A DNA stretch of 5,302 nucleotides, taken from Zygophlyctis sp. KS116 (taxonomy: Eukaryota > Fungi > Chytridiomycota). Location of the stretch: contig BAAFSQ010000486.1 in the NCBI GenBank assembly GCA_054661495.1, positions 1-5,302 on the forward strand, given 5' to 3'. Both the position numbers and the translations under genes were made by a program. Each line of letters starts with the position of its first letter. Within the stretch, counting starts at the first letter, position 1. This document shows, piece after piece, positions 1 to 5,302 of this stretch. Below the pieces are notes generated by a model. It was not told the origin of the DNA. It saw nothing but the letters and a program-made list of their open reading frames with translations, and did no database searches.

Positions 1-77
1 GAGAGACTACTGGAGTCACATACGGAGTTTCATATTTAGTATGGTAGACTGGTGCATTGCTAGTTACTACCGGTGAT
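1..77. repeat. Exact 77-bp terminal direct repeat, left copy
   Basis: 1..77 is identical to 5226..5302. Confidence 0.97.
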
Positions 78-136
78 GCATGAGGAGAGACTACTGGAGT
101 CACATACGGAGTTTCATATTTAGTATGGTAAACAGG
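1..136. repeat. 84-bp coding tandem repeat (28-aa unit PVYHTKYETPYVTPVVSPH[A/V]SPVVTSNA on minus)
   Basis: 1..46 recurs exactly at 85..130, giving a period of 84. Confidence 0.92.
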
Positions 137-319
137 AATATCGATAATGCAATCTGGTTTTGGAACTGGCTTTGGCTTTCTATACTTCTCGGAAGATGGA
201 ACTTTGCCTTTATTGCTACCGCTGCCTTTCTTGTTCTTGCAACCATTGCCATTCTTTTTCTTGCTGTCTTTCTTAGTCTTAGTACCTTTATTGGTTTTGC
301 TACACTGTTTGCTATACTT

Positions 320-335
320 GCTGGCCAAGGATTTT
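320..335. repeat. 16-bp exact dispersed repeat GCTGGCCAAGGATTTT, copy 1
   Basis: Identical to 4859..4874; both copies lie downstream of a paralog stop codon on the minus strand. Confidence 0.8.
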
Positions 336-371
336 CCGAATGCGAAGAATAAGCAAAAGCCATTTATTTAT

Positions 372-1292
372 CTAAATGAAAAACATAAACAAGGTTATTC
401 CCGTGACGAATACAGTTATTTCTTTAAGCCCAGAACTGACAAAAGGACTAGAGTCCTCTTGCTTATTTTTCTCTTTAGACTCTGCAACATTTTCAGATGA
501 TTGACTTTCAACTGGGTCTACATTCGATGCGGGTGTTTCAACCAAACTTGCATACGATTCATCGAGAGTTCTAACAGCTGTAGAAGTTGGCTCGGGGGTT
601 TGAACTAGAGTTTGAACTGGAGTTGGTGTAGTTCGAATCGGAGTTGGAGTGCCGATAATAGGAGCAACGTTTGAAGTATAGGCTCTTGTATTCTTTGAAA
701 CGGTAGTTTTGTATCCACCTTTTTTAACATATTTTGTATGTTTTTTGGCAGTGACAACTTTGTAGTTATCCTTTTTATTTGAGTAGTTATTTAAAGGCTT
801 TACTTGTTTGTGAGCATATTGATTTATAGGTTTTTTTACGTTATTTGCAACTTTTTTCGCAGGATTTATTTGTATTTCGCATTTCTTTTTATAATCCATT
901 GGATTCGTTTGTTTCTTAGCAGCTAATTTGTATCTATGATATCTTTTGAGCTTTGTTTCTTTATAAGCTGGCACAGTATAACTAACTTTAGAAGATAATG
1001 ATTGCATTTCAGGTGCCACATTTGAAAAATATGGCAATGTAGGTTCTGGAGCAGAAATCTTATATCCACCCTGTTTGATAGCATTCATAATTTTCTTATC
1101 GGCAGCTCTTTTAGGTTGCATTACATTTCTATGAGCACGTTGACCATTCTTTTTTAATCGTAAGTTATTTGGCAGTCCTACAGGAGCATCATACAGATAG
1201 GAGCCTAAATCATTTCCGTATGATGCCATAACAAAAGAAAGCAAGTAGATGACGATAGTAATAGATGTAAAGGCAGATGTTGAGACTTTCAT
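372..1292 (-). CDS. Putative secreted, GPI-anchored Lys-rich and Pro/Thr-rich surface protein (306 aa), paralog Z
   Basis: Signal-peptide-like start MKVSTSAFTSITIVIYLLSFVMA|SYG, basic central region, TPTP stalk, and hydrophobic tail with no cytoplasmic extension (SSGLKEITVFVTGITLFMFFI-TAG). The termini resemble those of 4151..4693. Confidence 0.85.
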   Translation of the reverse strand: MKVSTSAFTSITIVIYLLSFVMASYGNDLGSYLYDAPVGLPNNLRLKKNGQRAHRNVMQPKRAADKKIMNAIKQGGYKISAPEPTLPYFSNVAPEMQSLSSKVSYTVPAYKETKLKRYHRYKLAAKKQTNPMDYKKKCEIQINPAKKVANNVKKPINQYAHKQVKPLNNYSNKKDNYKVVTAKKHTKYVKKGGYKTTVSKNTRAYTSNVAPIIGTPTPIRTTPTPVQTLVQTPEPTSTAVRTLDESYASLVETPASNVDPVESQSSENVAESKEKNKQEDSSPFVSSGLKEITVFVTGITLFMFFI

Positions 1293-1336
1293 TTTGCAAG
1301 TCTAGAGTATTAAACTTTCTACATATTAATAGATTT

Positions 1337-1361
1337 TTAAAAATAGCATTTTCTTGCGGCA
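1337..1361 (-). promoter_or_regulatory. Conserved upstream motif of paralog Z with MEF2/Rlm1-like box TTAAAAATAG (1337..1346) and TTGCGGCA
   Basis: TAAAAATAGCATTTT-CTTGCGGCA aligns with TAAAAATAG-ATTTTGATTGCGGCA at 4762..4785. It lies 45-69 bp upstream of the ATG. Confidence 0.6.
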
Positions 1362-1483
1362 GGCGGATAATTATTTAGCAGCACAAGTCCATTGATTGAT
1401 TTTACTTTTGACATTTTCATTGGATGCAAAAGTCAAGATCTGCCCGGCCGATGAAAAACACGCGCAGAAAAAGACTTTCTCTG

Positions 1484-3862
1484 ATGATTGACGCAACTGA
1501 TATTGTAATCGTATTGGTAATAGCAGGACTATCCTATGCATACTTTAGCAGCTCAACTCCTGCACCCAAAGTACAATTTCCAATCATGAAGAAGAAGACG
1601 CTTGAGATTCAAGAACCAACTCTGCTATTATTTTACGGCTCACAGACTGGAACTGCAGAGGATTTTGCACTTCGGCTAGCTAAAGAAACTAGCGGGAATT
1701 ACAATATTAAGACAATGGTTTGTGATTTGGAAGACTATAGTATGGAGTCAATCCTATCTCTTGACAATTGTTTGGTCGGGTTCTTCATGGCTACTTATGG
1801 GGAGGGGGAACCTACAGATAATGCTTTTGATTTTTACTCTTGGATCATGGATGGTGCTGGAGTGGGGGAGGATGAAGGTGATGATGCTCAAGTTTCATTT
1901 GAAAGATCATTCTCATTGCCTTATTTTGTTTTTGGATTGGGTAACTCAACATATGCACATTATAATGCAATTGGAAAAAGATTAGATAAAAGATTACAAA
2001 TGATGGGTGGGAAAAGATTAGCAGAGATTGGCCTAGGTAATGATGATGAGAGGTGAATAGAGTTTTCTAAAAGTTTAGCATCGAAGATGATTATCTATTT
2101 TGGAAGAGTAAGATTATATCTGCAATCGCTACTCATTTTGGAATAAGTGCTGATATGGCAAAGGCTTTTAGGTTGAAGGCTCATGTTCCATTGTTTGATA
2201 TGATTTATATGGATGATTGTGAGGATAATCAAATATTCTACGGGGAATACTCTTCTTCTAAGCCCAGAAGATGGACTGGAAAACAATTTACAGCTGCAGA
2301 AGAACAAGGATACGATGTTATAGTCAAGGATACCAGATATGCAGAGATTACAAGGAAATTTGGATATGACTCCAAAAATCCATTTTATTCAAGGATTCTT
2401 GATTCACGTCCGTTATTTCAGAATTGCATGGAAACTTTTTCTTTTGATCCTAAAATAACAGCCATTCCAACTACAGTCTCAAACAAGCATGCAATTATAG
2501 AAAAGGATAAGATTCACTTTAAACGCCAATGCTATCATTTAGAGCTTGATATAAATGACTCTGGACTCAGATATCAAACTGGGGATCATGTAGGGACATG
2601 GCCTCAGAATGATCCGGATCAGCTTATTGCATTTGCAAATGCTTTACGACTGACTGAAAACGATTTGTCAAAAGTATTTTGCTTTAAGCCAAATAGTAAT
2701 AATGCACTATCATCCACAGCTAAAATGCCGTTTCCAGCACCTTGTACAGTTAAAACTGCATTATTGTATTATTTAGATCTGAACGATGCAGTTAAACAAT
2801 ATCAAATGGAAGTTTTGGCGAAATATGCCGGGGTGGAAAAAGAAAGAGATTTGCTATTCGAGCTTGCTGATGATCGTGAACTTTTTTTGTCAGTCATAGA
2901 AAAGGGGAAAAAGACTCTTTTACAAATTTTATTAGATTTTCCGTCCGTCTCGGTAATTGAGTTATTTAACATTTTAGGTTCCTTTGGCTGTTATTTTGGG
3001 AGAATTGCTTCATCGTGTTGCGATACGTTATTATTCTATTTCCAGCTCCTCAAAGGAATCTCCCAAGTCTGTTTCTCTGACTGCTGTTGTAGTTCGATAT
3101 GCTTTATCGACACCTATGACTGAGAAGCATCAAAAAAAAAAGCAGGAAGTTGTTATTAAACAGGGCCTTGCAACTTCATGGATAGAAATGTTGCATGAGT
3201 CTAAAATTTCTTCCCCCTTGGATTCTCCACCATTTTCGACAAAAACCAATCAACCGATCCCTAAATTTCATATCCCGATATATATCAGAACGTCATCGTT
3301 TAAACTTCCAAAATCTCAAAGTACTCCCATAATCATGATTGGACCAGGAACTGGGTAATATTATTTGAATTTATTAACAATCAGCTTAGCTCCATTTCGT
3401 GGTTTTGTTAGAGAACGCTTTTATGAGGCTATTAATGGATCTCTTGTGGGACCAACCTGGTTATTTTACGGATGCCGAAATTCCGAGGAGGTATCATGAC
3501 ATAATTTCACTGAACCATAGGATTTTCTTTACAAAAAAGAATTTTCCGATATACAATCTAGCATTTCTTCTCAAAGTTTAAGTTTTGATTTTCACATCCA
3601 TACTGCTTTTTCTCGACAAGGAAATAAAAAAGTATATGTCCAGCATTTACTGAAGGAACACGGATCGACAGTTTGGGATCTATTACAACTCCGAAAGGGA
3701 TATTTCTATATTTGTGGAGATGCCAAACATATGGCTGCTGATGTGACGAAAACTCTTACAGAGATCGCAGAGAATTTTGGTTCAATGGATTTGGTTCAAT
3801 CAAATTTATGGGTTAAGGGGCTCAGGTCTAAGGGTAGGTTTTTGGAAGACGTCTGGTCCTAA
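1484..3862 (+). CDS. cprA: NADPH-cytochrome P450 reductase, 5 exons: join(1484..2052,2079..2952,2978..3354,3385..3490,3521..3862), about 755 aa; alternative in-frame ATG at 1424
   Basis: Manual splicing gives one open frame with the CPR motifs in order: N-terminal anchor (IVIVLVIAGLSYAYF), FMN domain (FYGSQTGTAEDFA, FMATYGEGEPTDNA, FGLGNSTYAHYN, GLGNDDESIEDDY), YDSKNPF, YQTGDHVGTWPQN, FAD motif RYYSISSS, MIGPGTGLAPFRGF, LFYGCR, AFSR, KVYVQ, YICGDAKHMA and terminal EDVWS-TAA. ATG 1484 is preferred because it directly precedes the membrane anchor (inference). Confidence 0.96.
2053..2078 (+). other. Spliceosomal intron 1 of CPR (26 nt)
   Basis: GTGAAT...TTCTAAAAGTTTAG; removal restores GLGNDDE-S-IEDDYLFWK and joins to the frame of ORF 2155..3123. 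Confidence 0.92.
2953..2977 (+). other. Spliceosomal intron 2 of CPR (25 nt)
   Basis: GTAATT...TTTAACATTTTAG; removal gives DFPSVS-VPLAVILGELL...RYYSISSS. Confidence 0.92.
3355..3384 (+). other. Spliceosomal intron 3 of CPR (30 nt)
   Basis: GTAATA...ATTAACAATCAG; removal restores the conserved GPGTG-LAPFRGF motif. Confidence 0.95.
3491..3520 (+). other. Spliceosomal intron 4 of CPR (30 nt)
   Basis: GTATCA...CACTGAACCATAG; removal restores LFYGCRNSEE-DFLYKKEF. Confidence 0.94.
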
Positions 3863-4150
3863 TCATTCCATTCGGATATCTGTGTCCTGAATGGGTCTTT
3901 AAATGCCCAATAAAAGTATCCGGTAGATTTAACGAGTCTTCGTAAACTTACGGCAGTGCTTTTGACTTTCCGCTTTTGAGTGCATTTTTAATTTTTGAGA
4001 AGACTAAATATAGTTTAAGCGGTTAAATTTGTGCGGCTAAATTCTCATTCATCAAATCTACCAGTATTGGAAAGTGAAATCAGATAACTCAAGTAAATCG
4101 TAGTATCGATAGAATAAATATTTTAACAATATTTCAAGAGTCAAATACTC

Positions 4151-4693
4151 TTACATAAACATCATGCATAACGCTAATCCTGCAGCAAAGGAAGATACTA
4201 CTTTTTGTCCTCCATTGATTGCAGTAGTTGTAGCAGGAGGTTGGGAAGTGTATGTTTTGTTGGCAGCAGGTAAATTTCTGCGATAAACATTTCCGGCATT
4301 GTTATTGTTCGTGACGGGATAAGAATCGGGAACAGGTTCATATGGCTTATTTCCGTATGGCTGTGGATCATGTTTTGGAGGGCATGAAACTTTGCCTTTA
4401 TTGCTGCCTTTTTTCGTCTTGCTGCCTTTCTTCGTCTTGCTGCCTTTCTTCGTCTTGCTGCCTTTCTTCGTTCCAGTGCCTTTTTTCGTTCCACTGCCGT
4501 ATTTGCGTTTTCCACCAGATTGATAGCTATCATGTCCTCCATATCCTGGAGCATCATGGTAAACTGGTTTGACTTGGTAATCAACCACAGGTGCTTGTTC
4601 ATTGACGTAGCCTCCTCCATTGCTATATGCCATAGTAACAGATACGTAAGATAGTACAGTAGTGTATGCTAAAATAGATGATGAGATCTTCAT
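4151..4693 (-). CDS. Putative secreted, GPI-anchored surface protein with TKKGSK repeats (180 aa), paralog Y
   Basis: ATG at 4693 gives the signal peptide MKISSSILAYTTVLSYVSVTMA|YSN, which parallels paralog Z. Tail INGGQKVVSSFAAGLALCMMFM-TAA. The ORF-track start at 4786 is a GTG at the edge of the conserved upstream motif and is not credible in a eukaryote. Confidence 0.87.
   Translation of the reverse strand: MKISSSILAYTTVLSYVSVTMAYSNGGGYVNEQAPVVDYQVKPVYHDAPGYGGHDSYQSGGKRKYGSGTKKGTGTKKGSKTKKGSKTKKGSKTKKGSNKGKVSCPPKHDPQPYGNKPYEPVPDSYPVTNNNNAGNVYRRNLPAANKTYTSQPPATTTAINGGQKVVSSFAAGLALCMMFM
4401..4498. repeat. 18-bp coding minisatellite, about 5.4 copies (TTGCTGCCTTTCTTCGTC), encoding TKKGSK/TKKGTG
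   Basis: Units start at 4401, 4419, 4437, 4455 and 4473, with a partial unit at 4491. Confidence 0.93.
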
Positions 4694-4731
4694 TGTTGCA
4701 AGAAGATTTTTTTGTTTTTTGATGAACAATT

Positions 4732-4785
4732 CTATATTTAGCTCGCTTTTATAGCCGTGGCTAAAAATAGATTTTGATTGCGGCA
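4732..4785 (-). promoter_or_regulatory. Upstream region of paralog Y with two perfect CTA(W)4TAG boxes (4732..4741, 4761..4770) and TTGCGGCA
   Basis: CTATATTTAG and CTAAAAATAG are read directly from the sequence. The second lies in the block shared with 1338..1361. Confidence 0.62.
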
Positions 4786-4858
4786 CTCTAACATTAATTT
4801 ACCCGAAGTCATTCAAATTACGGTGGCTTAATAAGGCTGATTGCATCATAATCTAACA

Positions 4859-4874
4859 GCTGGCCAAGGATTTT
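4859..4874. repeat. 16-bp exact dispersed repeat GCTGGCCAAGGATTTT, copy 2
   Basis: Identical to 320..335; intergenic between paralogs X and Y. Confidence 0.8.
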
Positions 4875-4974
4875 GTTCACCAAGTCGAAGTTCCCCTTAA
4901 TACATAAACTACGACGTTCCATTCTCAGTAAATGATCTAAAATCTAATTCATTTTTTAAATAGAATGTAGTAAT

Positions 4975-5302
4975 CTAAAACAAACACATGAATAATGCTA
5001 GACCAACGCCAATCGAAGTTGAGACGAGTTTATACCCTCCATTGTTGATGGGATTAGATGAACTATCTCCGTTACCAGGAGTTTCAGCTAGGGGTGGAGT
5101 ATCAATGATCGGACTTTCATAGTCTGTTACTTCAGGAGAATCTGTAATATAAGGGGTTTCAACTGGGTTTGCAGTTGAAGTAGCGTAAACAGGTGCATTG
5201 CTAGTTACTACAGGTGATACATGAGGAGAGACTACTGGAGTCACATACGGAGTTTCATATTTAGTATGGTAGACTGGTGCATTGCTAGTTACTACCGGTG
5301 AT
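4975..5302 (-). CDS. 3' part of paralog X (Pro/Thr/Val-rich stalk plus GPI-like tail), open at the window edge
   Basis: The frame stays open to the edge: SPVVTSNAPVYHTKYETPYVTPVVSPHV...PINNGGYKLVSTSIGVGLALFMCLF-TAG. The tail aligns with paralog Y (INGG.K.VS....GLAL.M). Confidence 0.82.
   Translation of the reverse strand, partial: SPVVTSNAPVYHTKYETPYVTPVVSPHVSPVVTSNAPVYATSTANPVETPYITDSPEVTDYESPIIDTPPLAETPGNGDSSSNPINNGGYKLVSTSIGVGLALFMCLF
5185..5302. repeat. 84-bp coding tandem repeat, right-end portion
   Basis: 5185..5218 matches 5269..5302 apart from three synonymous changes. Confidence 0.9.
5226..5302. repeat. Exact 77-bp terminal direct repeat, right copy
   Basis: Identical to 1..77. 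Confidence 0.97.

Larger units (their letters stand above)
1..367 (-). pseudogene. 5'-truncated part of paralog X (Lys-rich block plus 28-aa repeats); no ATG in frame; not in the ORF track
   Basis: Minus frame 367..2 reads INGFCLFFAFGKSLASKYSKQCSKTNKGTKTKKDSKKKNGNGCKNKKGSGSNKGKVPSSEKYRKPKPVPKPDCIIDIPVYHTKYETPYVTPVVSPHASPVVTSNAPVYHTKYETPYVTPVVS. It shares GSNKGKV with paralog Y (200..217 identical to 4388..4405) and is bounded upstream by an in-frame TAA (370..368). Confidence 0.7.

Noticed and set aside
1-136. CRISPR array or LTR
   Set aside because: The repeats are contiguous, coding, in-frame and spacerless; there are no cas or retroelement genes and no TG...CA ends.
80-352. Hydrophobic + strand ORF resembling a membrane protein (also 147..500 +)
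   Set aside because: Antisense shadow: minus-strand Lys codons read as Leu/Phe. The minus frame carries the family homology (GSNKGKV).
100-363. Minus ORF MAFAYSSH... as the start of paralog X
   Set aside because: It is in a different frame from the homologous sequence, starts 8 nt after the Z stop, and no credible GT-AG intron links it to the X frame.
1722-2307. ORFs 1722..1985 (+) and 2095..2307 (-), and likewise 3399..3581 (+)
   Set aside because: Alternative-frame or antisense overlaps of CPR exons with no independent support.
1424-3581. CPR as a frameshifted pseudogene or several separate genes
   Set aside because: Each break is explained by a canonical GT-AG intron that restores conserved motifs.
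4198-4620. ORFs 4198..4620 (-, RRKAAR repeats) and 4342..4572 (+, SSCCLS repeats)
   Set aside because: Off-frame readings of the 18-bp minisatellite in paralog Y.
4694-4786. N-terminal extension of paralog Y from the ORF track
   Set aside because: It uses a GTG start, overlaps the conserved promoter motif and would bury the signal peptide.
1-5302. Autonomous plasmid or small circular virus
   Set aside because: No replication, capsid or mobility gene is visible; the content is intron-bearing nuclear DNA.

Overview
AT-rich eukaryotic DNA in the standard genetic code, probably from an early-diverging fungus or relative (inferred from the fungal-type reductase and tiny introns). The centre is a complete NADPH-cytochrome P450 reductase gene on + (1484..3862, about 755 aa) split by four GT-AG introns of only 25-30 nt, which the ORF track fragments. 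It sits among intronless minus-strand paralogs of an unrecognised surface-protein family (signal peptide, Lys-rich basic block, Pro/Thr/Ser-rich stalk, GPI-like tail). Two are complete (372..1292, 4151..4693) and a third is split across the window ends. Bases 1..77 equal 5226..5302, so the window closes into a 5225-bp unit (circle, collapsed tandem amplification or assembly artefact). Closure joins the split paralog in frame, but it lacks its 5' end and starts at an apparent junction near 320..335. The two intact paralogs share an upstream motif containing MEF2/Rlm1-type YTA(W)4TAG boxes.
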